A DNA stretch of 64,000 nucleotides from Thalassobaculaceae bacterium (GCA_965228875.1 OZ245843.1:2400616-2464615); one strand, 5' to 3'. Counted from the first letter of the stretch, positions 23,469-36,998 are shown. Numbers and translations are program-made. Notes: generated from the sequence alone by a model not told the origin.

Positions 23469-24002
23469 CTACTTCTTCTTACCTTCCTTACGAAGGATGG
23501 TCTCGGTCGCGTACTTGACGCCCTTGCCCTTGAACGGCTCCGGCGGACGGAAGGCCCGGATCTCGGCGGCGAGCTGCCCCACCACCTGCTTGTCCGAGCC
23601 GCTGATCGCGATAGCCGTCGGGCGCTCGCACTTCATGGTGATCCCGTCGGGGATCGGGAAGCGCACCGGATGGCTGAAGCCCAGCGCAAGCACCAGGTCG
23701 TTGCCTTCGACCGCGGCGCGGTAACCGACGCCGTTGATCTCCAGGTTGACCGTGAAGCCCTCGGACACGCCGGTGACGATGTTGTTCACCAGCGCCCGGG
23801 TGGTGCCCCACATGGCGCGCGCCTTCTTGGTCTCGCGCTTCGGCGTGACCTTGATGACATTGCCTTCCTGGACGACATCGATCTCCGACGAGATCGGCGC
23901 GGAAAGCTCACCGAGCTTGCCCTTCGCCTTGATCGCATCGTTGGCGATCTCGACCGTCACCCCGTCCGGTACGGTGACCGGGTATTTACCGACACGTGAC
24001 AT
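23469..24002 (-). CDS. rplF: 50S ribosomal protein L6
   Basis: [22 protein letters not shown]. Confidence 0.98.
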   Translation of the reverse strand: MSRVGKYPVTVPDGVTVEIANDAIKAKGKLGELSAPISSEIDVVQEGNVIKVTPKRETKKARAMWGTTRALVNNIVTGVSEGFTVNLEINGVGYRAAVEGNDLVLALGFSHPVRFPIPDGITMKCERPTAIAISGSDKQVVGQLAAEIRAFRPPEPFKGKGVKYATETILRKEGKKK

Positions 24003-24014
24003 CGTTGCCTCCGA

Positions 24015-24413
24015 TCAGAATACCTGGCACAGGACTTCGCCGCCGACATTGGCCGCCCGGGCCTCGTTGTCGGACATGACGCCCCGCGGGGTCGACAGGA
24101 TCGCGATCCCCAGACCGTTGTAGACGCGCGGAAGATCCTTGATCTTCGAGTACACCCGCCGACCCGGCGTGGAGACCCGATGGATCTCCTTGATCACCGG
24201 CTCGCCCTCGGCGTACTTCAGCTCGATCTTGATCTCGGCAACACCGGCACGGACATCGTCCTGCGTGAAGCCCCGGATATAACCCTCGCGCTGCAGCACT
24301 TCGAGCACGTTCTTCCGCAGACGCGACGCCGGGCTAACGACGACCGACTTGCGCGCGCTCTGACCGTTGCGGATGCGGGTCAGCATATCCCCGAGAGGAT
24401 CGCTCATCGACAT
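24015..24413 (-). CDS. rpsH: 30S ribosomal protein S8
   Basis: [27 protein letters not shown]. Confidence 0.98.
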   Translation of the reverse strand: MSMSDPLGDMLTRIRNGQSARKSVVVSPASRLRKNVLEVLQREGYIRGFTQDDVRAGVAEIKIELKYAEGEPVIKEIHRVSTPGRRVYSKIKDLPRVYNGLGIAILSTPRGVMSDNEARAANVGGEVLCQVF

Positions 24414-24428
24414 TTGCCGACCTCCCTC

Positions 24429-24734
24429 TTACCAGCTCGACTTGACCACACCGGGGATCTGGCCCGTAGAGCCGAGATCCCGCAGCGCGATGCGCGAGAG
24501 CTTGAACTTGCGATAGACGCCGCGCGGGCGCCCGGTGAGTTCGCAGCGGTTGCGAATGCGTTCCTTCGCACCGTTCTTCGGAAGCTTCTGCAGCTTCAGC
24601 TGCGCGGCGAAACGTTCCTCGATCGGCAGCGACCGGTCCATCGCGATGGCCTTGAGACGGGCGCGCCTGGCACCCTGCTGGCCGTTCAGCTTGCGACGGG
24701 CGTTGTTCTTCTCAACAGCGCTCTTCTTAGCCAT
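24429..24734 (-). CDS. rpsN: 30S ribosomal protein S14
   Basis: [25 protein letters not shown]. Confidence 0.98.
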   Translation of the reverse strand: MAKKSAVEKNNARRKLNGQQGARRARLKAIAMDRSLPIEERFAAQLKLQKLPKNGAKERIRNRCELTGRPRGVYRKFKLSRIALRDLGSTGQIPGVVKSSW

Positions 24735-24752
24735 GTCGTCCTCCGACCTCGA

Positions 24753-25292
24753 TCAATTGACGAACGGAAACTGGAAGCGCTTGAGCAGTTCGCGCGCCTC
24801 GTCGTCCGTCTTCGCCGTGGTCACCACGATGATGTCCATGCCCCGAACGGTGTCGACCTTGTCGTAGTCGATCTCCGGAAACACGATCTGCTCTTTCACG
24901 CCCATGGAGTAGTTTCCACGGCCGTCGAAGCTCTTCGGGCTCAACCCGCGGAAATCACGCACCCGGGGCAGCGCGATGTTCACCAGGCGATCCAGAAACT
25001 CGTACATGCGGTCGCGCCGCAGCGTCACCTTGACACCGATCGGCATGCCCTCACGCAGCTTGAAGCCGGCGATCGACTTCTTCGCCCGCGTCACCACCGG
25101 CTTCTGACCGGCGATACGGGTCATGTCGTCGAGGGCCGCCTGAATCTTCTTGCTGTCGCCGACCGCCTCGCCGACGCCCATGTTCAGGACGACCTTCTCG
25201 ATCTCCGGGACCTCGTGCACGTTCTTGTAATCGAACGCGGACTTCATCTCCGGACGGATCGTCTTGGTGTATTCCTCGTACAATCGAGCCAT
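24753..25292 (-). CDS. rplE: 50S ribosomal protein L5
   Basis: [29 protein letters not shown]. Confidence 0.98.
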   Translation of the reverse strand: MARLYEEYTKTIRPEMKSAFDYKNVHEVPEIEKVVLNMGVGEAVGDSKKIQAALDDMTRIAGQKPVVTRAKKSIAGFKLREGMPIGVKVTLRRDRMYEFLDRLVNIALPRVRDFRGLSPKSFDGRGNYSMGVKEQIVFPEIDYDKVDTVRGMDIIVVTTAKTDDEARELLKRFQFPFVN

Positions 25293-25314
25293 CTTGCGTT
25301 ACCTCGTCCCCGGT

Positions 25315-25629
25315 TCAGGCGTCGATCGATTCGCCGGAGCGCTTGGCGACACGAACCTTCTTGCCGTCGCGCTCCTCGAACCGGACACGGGTCGCCTCAC
25401 CCGACTTAGGATCCACGTGCATCACATTCGACAGATGCAACGGCGCCTCGCGCTCGACGATCCCGCCCTGGCTGGTCTGGGTCGGACGCTGATGGCGCTT
25501 GATCATGTTCACACCCTGCACGACCACACGGCTCTCGTCCGGGATCACGCGCAGAACATCGCCCTGCTTGCCCTTGTCGCGACCGGTGGTGACAATCACC
25601 TTGTCGCCCTTCTTCACACGCGCGGCCAT
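25315..25629 (-). CDS. rplX: 50S ribosomal protein L24
   Basis: [24 protein letters not shown]. Confidence 0.97.
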   Translation of the reverse strand: MAARVKKGDKVIVTTGRDKGKQGDVLRVIPDESRVVVQGVNMIKRHQRPTQTSQGGIVEREAPLHLSNVMHVDPKSGEATRVRFEERDGKKVRVAKRSGESIDA

Positions 25630-25997
25630 CACAGCACCTCCGGGGCGAGCGAAATGATCTTCATGAACCGCTTGGCACGCAGCTCACGGGTCACCGGGCC
25701 GAAGATACGCGTACCGATCGGCTCGCCCTGCTTGTTGATGAGCACGGCGGCATTGGTGTCGAAGCGGATCGCGGTGCCATCCTGACGGCGGATCTCCTTG
25801 GCGGTGCGAACGATGACGGCGCGGTGCACGTCACCCTTCTTCACGCGGCCCCGCGGGATCGCCTCCTTGACGGAGACCACGATGACATCGCCGACCGACG
25901 CAACCTTGCGCTTCGAGCCGCCGAGCACCTTGATGCACTGCACCCGTCGAGCGCCGGAATTGTCCGCGACGTCGAGGTTCGTCTGCATCTGAATCAT
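25629..25997 (-). CDS. rplN: 50S ribosomal protein L14
   Basis: [25 protein letters not shown]. Confidence 0.99.
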   Translation of the reverse strand: MIQMQTNLDVADNSGARRVQCIKVLGGSKRKVASVGDVIVVSVKEAIPRGRVKKGDVHRAVIVRTAKEIRRQDGTAIRFDTNAAVLINKQGEPIGTRIFGPVTRELRAKRFMKIISLAPEVL

Positions 25998-26019
25998 GAC
26001 CTGTCCTCCTAGGCCCGGG

Positions 26020-26265
26020 TCACGCGCTGGCCGCGTCGTCATAGACGACAGCGAACCGCTTGTTTTTCGAAATCGGCGCGCACTCGATGATGCGAACCGA
26101 ATCGCCTTGCTTGAAGCGATTCTCCGGATCGTGCGCCGAGAACCGCTTCGAGCGGGTGATGAACTTCTTGTAGAGCGGGTGCATGACCCGCCGCTGGACG
26201 TTCACGACCACCGTCTTGTCGCCCTTGTCGCTGACGACGGTGCCCTGAAGAACACGCCTCGGCAT
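26020..26265 (-). CDS. rpsQ: 30S ribosomal protein S17
   Basis: GTVVSDK.DKT..HPLYKK..AHD..PISK.K. Confidence 0.98.
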   Translation of the reverse strand: MPRRVLQGTVVSDKGDKTVVVNVQRRVMHPLYKKFITRSKRFSAHDPENRFKQGDSVRIIECAPISKNKRFAVVYDDAASA

Positions 26266-26294
26266 TGCTTTCTCCTAACCCCTTGACCGGCGCT

Positions 26295-26507
26295 TCAGGC
26301 CGAAGCTCCGGACCGGGCCTTCTCGCCCATGATCGTCTTTACCTGCGCGATCTCGCGCCGGACCTGGCGCATGCGATCGGAATTCTCGAGCTGACCGTTG
26401 GCACGCTGGAAACGCAGATTGAACGCCTCCTTGCGGAGCTGCAGCAGCTGGTCCTTCAACTGATCCGGCGACTTCGTCCGGAGATCCTCGGCAACCTTGT
26501 TGGCCAT
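26295..26507 (-). CDS. rpmC: 50S ribosomal protein L29
   Basis: [20 protein letters not shown]. Confidence 0.97.
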   Translation of the reverse strand: MANKVAEDLRTKSPDQLKDQLLQLRKEAFNLRFQRANGQLENSDRMRQVRREIAQVKTIMGEKARSGASA

Positions 26508-26526
26508 CCTTGCGTCCTCCTCCGGC

Positions 26527-26940
26527 TCACTCGCCCAGACGGGTCACGAACCGGGTGTCGACCGGCAGTTTCATCGCCGCGAGGCGGAACGCCTCCTCGG
26601 CCAAATCCTTCGGCACGCCGTCGAGCTCGAACATGATCCGGCCAGGCTTCACCCGGCAGACCCAAAACTCGGGCGAACCCTTACCCTTACCCATGCGGAC
26701 CTCGGCGGGCTTGCTCGACACCGGCACGTCCGGGAAGATCCGGATCCACACGCGTCCGGCGCGGCGGATGTGACGGGTGATCGCACGACGGGCCGCCTCG
26801 ATCTGGCGGGCGGTCACGCGCGCCGGCGTCGTCGCCTTCAGGCCGTAGGCGCCGAAGTTCAGGGCCGTACCGCCCTTGGCGAGGCCATGGATACGGCCCT
26901 TATGGGCCTTACGGAACTTGGTGCGCTTCGGGGACAGCAT
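26527..26940 (-). CDS. rplP: 50S ribosomal protein L16
   Basis: [26 protein letters not shown]. Confidence 0.99.
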   Translation of the reverse strand: MLSPKRTKFRKAHKGRIHGLAKGGTALNFGAYGLKATTPARVTARQIEAARRAITRHIRRAGRVWIRIFPDVPVSSKPAEVRMGKGKGSPEFWVCRVKPGRIMFELDGVPKDLAEEAFRLAAMKLPVDTRFVTRLGE

Positions 26941-26964
26941 CGCTCTTCTCCTCTCGGCTCACGC

Positions 26965-27657
26965 TCAGCGACGGTCGCCGCCGGAACCCGGCTGCTGCTC
27001 GGCGAGGCGCTTGTCCTGCGCCATCGGGTCGTGGGCCATGATTTCGCCCTTGAACACCCACACCTTCACGCCGCAGGCGCCGTAGGTCGTGAAACCGGTG
27101 GCTTCGCCATAGTCGATATCGGCGCGCAACGTGTGCAGCGGAACCCGGCCCTCGCGATACCATTCGGTCCGCGCGATCTCGGCGCCACCGAGGCGGCCGC
27201 CGCAGTTGATCCGGATGCCCAGCGCGCCAAGGCGCATCGCCGACTGGACGGCCCGCTTCATCGCGCGGCGGAACGCGACGCGGCGCTCCAGCTGCTGGGC
27301 GATGTTCTCGGCGACCAGCTTGGCGTCGATCTCCGGCTTGCGGATCTCGACGATGTTCAGCGCCACATCGGTCCCGGTCATCTTCGAGAGATCCTGGCGG
27401 AGCTTCTCGATGTCCGAGCCCTTCTTGCCGATCACGACACCCGGACGCGCGGAGTAGATGGTGATGCGCGCGCGCTTCGCCGGCCGCTCGATCACGATCC
27501 GGCTCACACCGGCCTGACGCAGGCGCTTCGTCAGATAGCTGCGCAGCTTGATGTCCTGGTGCAGCAGATCCGCGTAGCCCTTGCCCGCGAACCAGCGCGA
27601 GTCCCAGGTGCGGTTGATGCCGAGCCGCAGCCCGATCGGATTGACCTTGTTACCCAT
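26965..27657 (-). CDS. rpsC: 30S ribosomal protein S3
   Basis: [34 protein letters not shown]. Confidence 0.99.
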   Translation of the reverse strand: MGNKVNPIGLRLGINRTWDSRWFAGKGYADLLHQDIKLRSYLTKRLRQAGVSRIVIERPAKRARITIYSARPGVVIGKKGSDIEKLRQDLSKMTGTDVALNIVEIRKPEIDAKLVAENIAQQLERRVAFRRAMKRAVQSAMRLGALGIRINCGGRLGGAEIARTEWYREGRVPLHTLRADIDYGEATGFTTYGACGVKVWVFKGEIMAHDPMAQDKRLAEQQPGSGGDRR

Positions 27658-28037
27658 CAGTCCTGCTCCTCGCGCTCGCGCACGACCACGGTAATGTGGG
27701 CGAACGGCTTCTCGATCTTGCCGACCCGACCACGGGCCCGCGGACGGAAGCGCTTCATCTTGAAGCTCTTGCCGACATAGGCCTCCTTGACGAAGAGCCG
27801 GTCGACATCGAGCTGGTGGTTGTTCTCGGCGTTGGCGATCGCCGATTCCAGCACCTTCTTCACGTCGCGCGCGATACGTCGCTTCGAGAAGGTCAGGGTG
27901 GCCAGCGCCTTGTCCGCACGCTGACCGCGGATCATCTGCGCGACCAGGTTCAGCTTCTGCGGGCTGATGCGCAGATTGCGCAGCTCAGCCTTCGCCTCCG
28001 TATCGTCAAGTCGCCGTTCGGCAGCCTGCTTGCCCAT
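27657..28037 (-). CDS. rplV: 50S ribosomal protein L22
   Basis: [25 protein letters not shown]. Confidence 0.98.
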   Translation of the reverse strand: MGKQAAERRLDDTEAKAELRNLRISPQKLNLVAQMIRGQRADKALATLTFSKRRIARDVKKVLESAIANAENNHQLDVDRLFVKEAYVGKSFKMKRFRPRARGRVGKIEKPFAHITVVVREREEQD

Positions 28038-28055
28038 TGCCTGCTCCTCTCAGCC

Positions 28056-28331
28056 TTAGCGGCGAGACTTCTTGTCGGCCATGTGGCCGTAATAGGTACG
28101 GGTCGGCGCGAACTCGCCGAACTTGTGCCCGACCATGTTCTCGCTGACGAGAACCGGGACGAACTTCTGGCCGTTGTGCACGCCGAATGTCAGGCCGACG
28201 AATTGCGGCATGATCGTCGAGCGCCGCGACCAGGTCTTGATGACCTCGTTGCGGCCGGACTCGCGCGACTTCTCGGCCTTCTTCAGCAGGTAGCCGTCGA
28301 CGAACGGTCCCTTCCAAACGGATCGAGCCAC
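28056..28331 (-). CDS. rpsS: 30S ribosomal protein S19
   Basis: GTG start, [24 protein letters not shown]. Confidence 0.98.
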   Translation of the reverse strand: MARSVWKGPFVDGYLLKKAEKSRESGRNEVIKTWSRRSTIMPQFVGLTFGVHNGQKFVPVLVSENMVGHKFGEFAPTRTYYGHMADKKSRR

Positions 28332-28342
28332 CGAACTTCTCC

Positions 28343-29167
28343 TTACTTCCGGCGCCGGCGAACGATCAACTTGTCGGTCGCCTTGTTGTTGCGCGTCTTC
28401 TTGCCCTTGGTCGGCTTGCCCCACGGGGTGACCGGATGACGGCCGCCCGAGGTCCGGCCTTCACCACCACCATGCGGGTGATCGACCGGGTTCATGGCCA
28501 CGCCCCGCACCGACGGGCGTTTGCCCAGCCAGCGGTTGCGACCGGCCTTGCCGATATTGATGTTCTGCTGGTCCGGGTTCGACACCGCGCCAACCGTCGC
28601 CATGCACTCGGCCCGGACCATTCGCACCTCGCCGGAGGCGAGACGCAGCAGAGCGTAACCGGAATCGCGGCCGACAATCTGAACGTAGGTGCCGGCGGAA
28701 CGGGCCATCTGGCCACCCTTGCCCGGCTTCATCTCGACGTTGTGCACGATCGTACCGACCGGGATCGAGCGCAGCGGCATGGCATTGCCCGGCTTCACGT
28801 CGACCCGCTCTCCGGCGATCACCTTGTCACCGACACCCAGCCGCTGAGGCGCCAGGATATAGGCCTGGTCGCCGTCCTCGTAGGTGATCAGCGCGATGAA
28901 CGCCGTGCGGTTCGGATCATACTCCAGGCGTTCCACCGTGCCGACGACGTCGAACTTGGTCCGCTTGAAATCGACGATCCGGTAGGTCCGCTTGTGCCCG
29001 CCGCCGCGACGACGCGCCGTGACGCGACCCGTATTGTTGCGACCGGCCTTCTTCGTCAAGCCCTCAGTGAGCTTCTTGACCGGCTTGCCGGACCACAGCT
29101 CGGAGCGGTCGACGATGACCAGCTGGCGCTGCGACGGCGTGGTCGGATTGAAGGACTTCAAAGCCAT
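28343..29167 (-). CDS. rplB: 50S ribosomal protein L2
   Basis: [33 protein letters not shown]. Confidence 0.99.
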   Translation of the reverse strand: MALKSFNPTTPSQRQLVIVDRSELWSGKPVKKLTEGLTKKAGRNNTGRVTARRRGGGHKRTYRIVDFKRTKFDVVGTVERLEYDPNRTAFIALITYEDGDQAYILAPQRLGVGDKVIAGERVDVKPGNAMPLRSIPVGTIVHNVEMKPGKGGQMARSAGTYVQIVGRDSGYALLRLASGEVRMVRAECMATVGAVSNPDQQNINIGKAGRNRWLGKRPSVRGVAMNPVDHPHGGGEGRTSGGRHPVTPWGKPTKGKKTRNNKATDKLIVRRRRK

Positions 29168-29171
29168 GGGA

Positions 29172-29501
29172 TCACACCCCCGCCATCAGGTCGATCGTCT
29201 GGCCCTCGGCAAGCGTGACGACGGCCTTCTTGTAGTCGGAACGACGGCCCGGACGGCCCCGGAACCGCTTGGTCTTGCCTTTGACCAGAATCGTGTTCAC
29301 CGCGGACACCTTGACGTCGAACAGGCGCTCGATGGCCTGCTTGATCTCCGGCTTCGCGGCGTTGACCGGAACCTCGAAGGTCACCTGGCCGAACTCCGAC
29401 CCGCGGGTCGACTTCTCGGTCACGATCGGACGGCGGATCAGCTCATAAGCCCGCTCGTCGCTTACCTTGCCCGCCTTGGGCTTGTAGGGACGAATGCTCA
29501 T
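29172..29501 (-). CDS. rplW: 50S ribosomal protein L23
   Basis: [28 protein letters not shown]. Confidence 0.97.
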   Translation of the reverse strand: MSIRPYKPKAGKVSDERAYELIRRPIVTEKSTRGSEFGQVTFEVPVNAAKPEIKQAIERLFDVKVSAVNTILVKGKTKRFRGRPGRRSDYKKAVVTLAEGQTIDLMAGV

Positions 29502-30118
29502 TTCAGGCGCGCCTCCAGCTGCTCAACCGCGCCCTTGGTGAGAACCAGGGTGTCGCGACGGAGAATGTCGTAGACGTTGGCGCCCTGCTGCGGGAGCAGA
29601 TCCACCAGCGGGATGTTGCGCGCGGCCCGGGCAAAGTTCTCGTTCACCGCATCGCCGTCGATCAGCAGCACCGACGACCAGCCAAGCTTCTTGAACTTCG
29701 CGGCCAGCGCCTTCGTCTTCGGCTCGGCGGCGGTCGCCTCGTCGATGATGATCAACTGGCCGGCTTTCGCCTTCGCCGACAGCGCCGTCTTCAGACCGAG
29801 CTTGCGGAACTTCTTCGTCAGATCGTGCGCGTGATCGCGGACAGTCGGGCCGTGCACGGTCTGGCCGCCCCGGAACTGCGTGGCGCGCGTCGAGCCCTGA
29901 CGGGCACGACCCGTGCCCTTCTGACGGAACGGCTTCTTGGTCGTTCCGGAGATCTCGGAGATCGTCTTTACCTTGTGGTTGCCGCCGCGCCGCTTGGCCA
30001 ACTGCCAGTTCACCATGCGGGACAGCACGTCCTGGCGCGGATCGAGACCGAAGATCGCATCGTCGAGATCGATCTCCCCCGTCTTCTCCGCGTCGAGGTT
30101 TGTGACGTCAATCTTCAT
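29498..30118 (-). CDS. rplD: 50S ribosomal protein L4
   Basis: [21 protein letters not shown]. Confidence 0.98.
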   Translation of the reverse strand: MKIDVTNLDAEKTGEIDLDDAIFGLDPRQDVLSRMVNWQLAKRRGGNHKVKTISEISGTTKKPFRQKGTGRARQGSTRATQFRGGQTVHGPTVRDHAHDLTKKFRKLGLKTALSAKAKAGQLIIIDEATAAEPKTKALAAKFKKLGWSSVLLIDGDAVNENFARAARNIPLVDLLPQQGANVYDILRRDTLVLTKGAVEQLEARLK

Positions 30119-30122
30119 GACC

Positions 30123-30947
30123 TCAGTCCTTCTTCTCGGCGTCGTCGGCCGGCGCGTCCGGAACGCTCGCGCCCTCGGCCGCGGTCGGATCGGCGGCATC
30201 GCCCATCGCCTCGGATGCCTGCTCGAGCAGGGCGGCACCGGCCTCCTCGTCGCTCGCGGGCGCCTCGGCGGCGGCTTCCTTCAATGCGGCCGGGAAAGGC
30301 GCGCCTTCGGGCATACCCGCCTTGACCGCGTCGCGGATCAGCACCCAACCACCGTCGGAGCCCGGAACGGCGCCACGGACGAGGATAAGGCCACGGGCCG
30401 AGTCGGTCGCGACCACCGTCAGGTTCTGCGTGGTGACGCGCTCATCGCCCATGTGGCCGGCCATCTTCTTACCCTTGAAGACGCGGCCCGGATCCTGGTT
30501 GTTACCGGTGGAACCGTGCGAGCGGTGCGACAGCGACACGCCGTGCGAGGCGCGCAGGCCACCGAAATTATGCCGCTTCATGACGCCGGCGAAGCCTTTA
30601 CCGATCGACGTCCCGGTGACATCGACCTTCTGACCGGCGATGAAGTGGTCGGCCGAAAGCTCGGCGCCGACGTCGACCATCGCGTCGGCGGTCACGCGGA
30701 ACTCGGCGACCTTGCGCTTCGGCTCGACCTTCGCCTTGGCGAAGTGGCCGCGCATCGGCTGTGTGGTGCGCTTGACCTTGCGTGCACCGGCGCCGAGCTG
30801 CAGCGCGGTGTATCCGTCCTTGTCCTCGGTCCGCTGGGCGACGACCTGACAGCCATCGACCTTCAGCACGGTTACCGGAACGTGCGCACCTTCCTCGGTG
30901 AACACGCGGGTCATACCGACCTTCTGAGCGATCAATCCCGAACGCAT
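30123..30947 (-). CDS. rplC: 50S ribosomal protein L3
   Basis: [31 protein letters not shown]; acidic Ala-rich C-terminal tail. Confidence 0.99.
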   Translation of the reverse strand: MRSGLIAQKVGMTRVFTEEGAHVPVTVLKVDGCQVVAQRTEDKDGYTALQLGAGARKVKRTTQPMRGHFAKAKVEPKRKVAEFRVTADAMVDVGAELSADHFIAGQKVDVTGTSIGKGFAGVMKRHNFGGLRASHGVSLSHRSHGSTGNNQDPGRVFKGKKMAGHMGDERVTTQNLTVVATDSARGLILVRGAVPGSDGGWVLIRDAVKAGMPEGAPFPAALKEAAAEAPASDEEAGAALLEQASEAMGDAADPTAAEGASVPDAPADDAEKKD

Positions 30948-30959
30948 CGTCCCGCCCCC

Positions 30960-31268
30960 TTAGAGCTTGATCTCGACGTCGACACCGGAGGCCAGGTCGA
31001 GCTTCATCAGCGCGTCCACGGTCTGCGGCGTCGGATCGACGATATCGAGAACCCGCTTGTGCGTGCGGATCTCGAACTGCTCCCGACTTTTCTTGTCGAC
31101 GTGCGGTCCGCGCAGCACGGTGAACCGCTCGATCCGGGTCGGGAGCGGAATGGGACCCCGCACGCGCGCGCCTGTGCGCTTGGCGGTATTCACGATTTCA
31201 CCGGTCGACTGATCGAGGACCCGGTGATCGAACGCCTTCAGGCGGATGCGGATGTTTTGACTGTCCAT
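30960..31268 (-). CDS. rpsJ: 30S ribosomal protein S10
   Basis: [29 protein letters not shown]. Confidence 0.99.
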   Translation of the reverse strand: MDSQNIRIRLKAFDHRVLDQSTGEIVNTAKRTGARVRGPIPLPTRIERFTVLRGPHVDKKSREQFEIRTHKRVLDIVDPTPQTVDALMKLDLASGVDVEIKL

Positions 31269-31484
31269 CTTTCCGCTACTCTCAACCTCGTTGGCCTGAC
31301 GGCCGTTATCGCCGCACGCACGCCCGGATCTATCCGGCGGTCGCACAGAACAAAAAAGCGGAGGCGCACTATTCTCTGCGCGTCCACCTTCGGCCTTTTG
31401 GGGGAGAAAAGTTCAATCGTCTGTGAGACTGCGTCTGACCTGTTCAGAAGAACGTGGTCACAGCCAGCCCCCAAAGGTGCGCGG

Positions 31485-31513
31485 AACCTATTGGTCGTCG
31501 GTCGGCGCGTCAA
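31485..31513 (-). promoter_or_regulatory. Sigma70 promoter of the S10 operon
   Basis: TTGACG-N17-TAGGTT on the minus strand, about 210 bp upstream of rpsJ. Confidence 0.6.
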
Positions 31514-31707
31514 GCCCGAATTTCAGAATTCTGACACGAAGCGGATTGCGGATCGGCGCGTCCGGAACCGGCGATGTAGTAGCGCTCGCCGCCGCACGCG
31601 TCGATCTCCAGGGTTGCGGGCGCCTTTCGTTGTTACGAGGATTGCCGCTCGCCATCTATCCGGTTCCCTCCCTCGCTCCCTGACCGCTTTCCAAACCGGA
31701 AATAAGA

Positions 31708-32304
31708 ATGATTGAGCCCATACTCGGCCTGCTCACGGTGGCCCTTCCGCTGATGGCCAGCCCCGGGCCCGCCATTGTCAGCCTGGCGGCGACCGGTTCG
31801 ACATTCGGGTTCCGACCCGGCCTGCCCTACCTCGCTGGAATTCTGGTGGGCAACGCCACGGTTTTGATGATGGTCGCGACCGGTCTCACCGGCATGGTGC
31901 TTGCCATACCGGCCGCCGTGCCCGTGCTTACCGTCATCGGGTTCGTCTACCTGGTGTACCTGGCCTGGAGAATCGCCACAGCACCCGTGGTCCGCACCAC
32001 GTCGGATCCCGAGTCGGTTCCGACGGCCGTTGGCGGCTTCCTGCTGTCGATGGTCAATCCGAAGGCCTATGCCGCCTTCGGCGCGATCTATGCCAGCGGC
32101 AGCGTTCTGCCGGAGGACCCGGCGGGCGACGCCGCGGTGAAGATCGCTCTGCTGGTGGTCGTGAATGTCCTGGTGAACAGCGCATGGCTCGGACTTGGCG
32201 CCGCATTCGCGGGGCTGCTGCGCAACCCGGCGACCGGTCGGGCATTGAACTGGTCTTTCGCCGCCCTGCTGATCGGGTCGGTCGCCTTCACGGCACTTCG
32301 TTAG
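31708..32304 (+). CDS. LysE/RhtB family translocator
   Basis: SPGP motif, G..YL.YLAWRI, GFLL..VNPKA; hydrophobic 198 aa. Confidence 0.92.
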   Translation: MIEPILGLLTVALPLMASPGPAIVSLAATGSTFGFRPGLPYLAGILVGNATVLMMVATGLTGMVLAIPAAVPVLTVIGFVYLVYLAWRIATAPVVRTTSDPESVPTAVGGFLLSMVNPKAYAAFGAIYASGSVLPEDPAGDAAVKIALLVVVNVLVNSAWLGLGAAFAGLLRNPATGRALNWSFAALLIGSVAFTALR

Positions 32305-32435
32305 CGCGCAATCGGTTCCGGACGACTCGCAGGGAAGCGGGAGGCTTCCTCCTACTCAATCGAGAAAGGCCGGCTCAAAGAATGGGGCGTCGTAGTCGGT
32401 CGCCGTTGCATCGGCCGCCGGCAACGCATGGAGGA

Positions 32436-32464
32436 ACGCAAACGGGGGCGCAAAAGCGCCCCCG
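32436..32464 (-). terminator. Intrinsic terminator after tuf (end of str operon)
   Basis: Perfect 9-bp stem CGGGGGCGC-TTTT-GCGCCCCCG followed by TTTGCGTT on the minus strand. Confidence 0.7.
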
Positions 32465-32489
32465 CTCGATCGCACGATGAGGTGCGAGA

Positions 32490-33680
<1,191 letters not shown>

Positions 33681-33748
33681 CCCAGTATGCTCCGTACGAA
33701 AGGGGGTGACGTGATCGGGTTAGGTGACGCGGTCGCGGACGTGGCCGG

Positions 33749-35824
33749 TCAGGCCATCTTCGCCCGCACCTCGTCGGCAACCGCCTGCGGAACAGGCTCG
33801 TAGTGATCGAACTGCATGGTGTACTGCGCCCGGCCCTGGCTCATGGAGCGCAGGGTGTTGACGTAGCCGAACATATTGGCCAGCGGCACCATGGCATCGA
33901 CAACGCGCGCGTTGCCGCGCTGGTCCATGCCCGACACCTGACCACGGCGGCTGTTCAGGTCGCCGATGATGTCGCCCATGTAGTCCTCAGGCGTGACCAC
34001 CTCGACCTTCATGATCGGCTCCAGCAGGACCGGGCCCGCCTTGGACATGCCTTCCTTGAAGGCCGCCCGCGAGGCGATCTCGAACGCCAGCACGCTGGAG
34101 TCCACATCGTGGTACGCGCCGTCGGTCAGGGTGACCTTGACATCGACCACCGGGAAGCCGGCGAGCACGCCGGTATCCAGAGCCGAGGTCAGGCCCTTCT
34201 CGACGCCCGGAACGTATTCCCGCGGCACCGAACCACCGACGATGGTGTTCTCGAAGGTGAAGCCCTCGCCCCGCTCCTGCGGCTCGAAGGTCAGCTTCAC
34301 CCGGGCGAACTGACCCGAGCCGCCGGTCTGCTTCTTGTGGGTGTAGTCGACCTCAGCGGTCTTGGTGATCGACTCGCGATAGGCGACCTGCGGCGCGCCG
34401 ACATTGGCGTCGACCTTGAACTCGCGACGCATGCGGTCGACCAGGATCTCCAGATGGAGTTCGCCCATTCCCTTGATGACGGTCTGGCCGCTCTCGACGT
34501 CGGAGGTCACGCGGAAGGACGGATCCTCCGCCGCGAGACGGTTGAGGGCGACTCCCATCTTCTCCTGATCGCTCTTGGTCTTCGGCTCGACCGCGACCTC
34601 GATGACCGGATCCGGGAACTCCATCCGCTCCAGGATGACCGGCTTCAGCGGATCGCAGAGCGTGTCACCGGTGGTGGTGTTCTTCAGACCGGCGATGGCG
34701 ACGATATCGCCGGCGCGGGCCTCCTTGATGTCCTCCCGGTTGTTGGAGTGCATCAGGAGCATGCGGCCGACACGCTCGCGGTTGTCCTTGACCGTGTTCA
34801 GCACGGAGGTGCCGGCCTCGAGGATCCCGGAGTAGACGCGCACGAAGGTGAGCGAGCCGACGAACGGGTCGTTCATGATCTTGAACGCCAGCCCGGCGAA
34901 CGGCTCCTCGTCGGAGGACTTGCGGACCATTTCGGTCTCGCCGTCGACCGACACGCCGCGGATCGCCGGAACGTCCAGCGGCGACGGCATGTAGTCGATG
35001 ACCGCGTCCAGCAGCGGCTGCACGCCCTTGTTCTTGAATGCCGAGCCCAGGAAGACGGGAACGAACGCGGCGGACATCACGCCCTTGCGCACGCAGGCCC
35101 GCAGCACCTCCTCGGACGGCTCCTCGCCCTCGAGATAGGCCTCCATGGCGGCGTCGTCCTGCTCGACCGCGAGCTCGACCAGCTTGCTGCGGTACTCGGC
35201 CGCCTGGTCGGCCAGGTCGGCCGGAATGTCCTCGTATTCGAACTTCGCGCCGAGCGACTCGTCCAGCCAGCGCACCGCCTTCATGGTCACCAGATCGACC
35301 AAGCCGACGAAATCCGACTCGGTGCCGATCGGCAGCTGCATGACCAGCGGGGTGGCGCCGAGGCGGTCGACCATCATGTCGACGCAGCGGAAGAAGTCGG
35401 CGCCGATCCGGTCCATCTTGTTGACGAAGCAGATGCGCGGAACGCCGTACTTGTCGGCCTGCCGCCAGACCGTTTCGGACTGCGGCTCAACACCGGCCAC
35501 CGAGTCGAACACCGCGACGGCGCCGTCGAGCACGCGCAGCGACCGCTCCACCTCGATGGTGAAGTCGACGTGGCCCGGCGTGTCAATGATGTTGATGCGG
35601 TGATCGCGCCAGAAACACGTGGTCGCGGCGGACGTGATGGTGATGCCGCGCTCCTGCTCCTGTTCCATCCAGTCCATGGTGGCGTTACCATCATGGACTT
35701 CGCCGATCTTGTAGGACCGGCCGGTGTAGTACAGGACACGCTCGGTCGTGGTCGTCTTGCCGGCATCGATGTGGGCCATGATGCCGATGTTGCGATACAT
35801 ATCGAGCGAATGGGTGCGGGGCAT
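33749..35824 (-). CDS. fusA: Elongation factor G
   Basis: [34 protein letters not shown]. Confidence 0.99.
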   Translation of the reverse strand: MPRTHSLDMYRNIGIMAHIDAGKTTTTERVLYYTGRSYKIGEVHDGNATMDWMEQEQERGITITSAATTCFWRDHRINIIDTPGHVDFTIEVERSLRVLDGAVAVFDSVAGVEPQSETVWRQADKYGVPRICFVNKMDRIGADFFRCVDMMVDRLGATPLVMQLPIGTESDFVGLVDLVTMKAVRWLDESLGAKFEYEDIPADLADQAAEYRSKLVELAVEQDDAAMEAYLEGEEPSEEVLRACVRKGVMSAAFVPVFLGSAFKNKGVQPLLDAVIDYMPSPLDVPAIRGVSVDGETEMVRKSSDEEPFAGLAFKIMNDPFVGSLTFVRVYSGILEAGTSVLNTVKDNRERVGRMLLMHSNNREDIKEARAGDIVAIAGLKNTTTGDTLCDPLKPVILERMEFPDPVIEVAVEPKTKSDQEKMGVALNRLAAEDPSFRVTSDVESGQTVIKGMGELHLEILVDRMRREFKVDANVGAPQVAYRESITKTAEVDYTHKKQTGGSGQFARVKLTFEPQERGEGFTFENTIVGGSVPREYVPGVEKGLTSALDTGVLAGFPVVDVKVTLTDGAYHDVDSSVLAFEIASRAAFKEGMSKAGPVLLEPIMKVEVVTPEDYMGDIIGDLNSRRGQVSGMDQRGNARVVDAMVPLANMFGYVNTLRSMSQGRAQYTMQFDHYEPVPQAVADEVRAKMA

Positions 35825-35929
35825 GACTCGCGTCCTCGTCTCTTGAGGTTTCGGCCGGGATATGGGGCCAAGCATAAATGCGGGACGGGCCGGTCTATAC
35901 GCCAGCCCGTCCGCAGATACCAGCGCCGG

Positions 35930-36400
35930 TTACCAGCGGTAGTGAGAAAACGCCTTGTTGGCGTCGGCCATGCGGTGGGTGTCTTCCCGCTTCTTGACCG
36001 CGGTGCCGCGGTTCTGCGAAGCGTCGGACAGCTCACCGGACAGGCGCTGAACCATGGTCTTCTCGGAGCGCTTGCGCGCAGCATCGATCAGCCAACGGAT
36101 CGCCAGGGCCTGGGCGCGTTCCGGGCGAACCTCGACCGGAACCTGATAGGTCGCACCGCCGACGCGCCGCGAGCGGACCTCGACATGCGGCTTCACGTTG
36201 TCGAGCGCATCGTGGAACATCCGGACCGGCTCGGCACCCGACCGCTTCTCCAGCACGTCGAACGCGCCGTAGACGATTCCCTCGGCGACCGAACGCTTGC
36301 CGTCGTACATCAGGCAGCTCATGAACTTGGAGACGACCTGGTCTCCGAACTTGGCATCCGGAAGGACCGGACGTTTTTCCGCGCGATGGCGACGCGACAT
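35930..36400 (-). CDS. rpsG: 30S ribosomal protein S7
   Basis: [20 protein letters not shown]. Confidence 0.99.
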   Translation of the reverse strand: MSRRHRAEKRPVLPDAKFGDQVVSKFMSCLMYDGKRSVAEGIVYGAFDVLEKRSGAEPVRMFHDALDNVKPHVEVRSRRVGGATYQVPVEVRPERAQALAIRWLIDAARKRSEKTMVQRLSGELSDASQNRGTAVKKREDTHRMADANKAFSHYRW

Positions 36401-36412
36401 TCTTCGTTCTCC

Positions 36413-36784
36413 TTACTTCGGCCGCTTGGCGCCGTACTTCGAACGGCGCTGGCGACGGTCCTTGACGCCCTGGGTGTCGAGCGTGCCGCGGATGATGTGA
36501 TATCGCACACCCGGCAGATCCTTGACGCGGCCGCCACGGATCATGACGACCGAGTGCTCCTGCAGGTTATGCCCCTCACCCGGGATGTAGCTGATGACCT
36601 CGTAGCCGTTGGTCAGGCGCACGCGGGCGACCTTACGCAGGGCCGAGTTCGGTTTCCTCGGGGTGGTGGTGTACACGCGGGTGCACACACCGCGCTTCTG
36701 CGGGCACGCCTGCAGGGCGGGAACCTTGTTCCGTGCAACCGGAACCTTACGACCCTGGCGGATCAGCTGATTGATCGTCGGCAT
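36413..36784 (-). CDS. rpsL: 30S ribosomal protein S12 (Arg at position 43)
   Basis: [32 protein letters not shown]. Confidence 0.99.
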   Translation of the reverse strand: MPTINQLIRQGRKVPVARNKVPALQACPQKRGVCTRVYTTTPRKPNSALRKVARVRLTNGYEVISYIPGEGHNLQEHSVVMIRGGRVKDLPGVRYHIIRGTLDTQGVKDRRQRRSKYGAKRPK

Positions 36785-36998
36785 GCGTCGACCCTCTTAA
36801 CCACAAAGACGAACCCCGCCATGGGGAGACCCATGGGGGCGGTCCGTTTGAACCATGCGCCGCCGATCCGGCTTGCCGGCCACGACGCCTCTCATATTCG
36901 ACCCTTCGTGCGGAGACCGCGTTCGAAGCGCCCGGGTACCGACCGTCCGGGACGGCGAACCCGAGGGAACAGCTGGGCCCCCGTTTCAAAGTGCGCGG

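Noticed and set aside
30123..30290. Acidic Ala/Glu/Asp-rich C-terminal tail on L3
   Set aside because: Low-complexity L3 tails are common in alphaproteobacteria.
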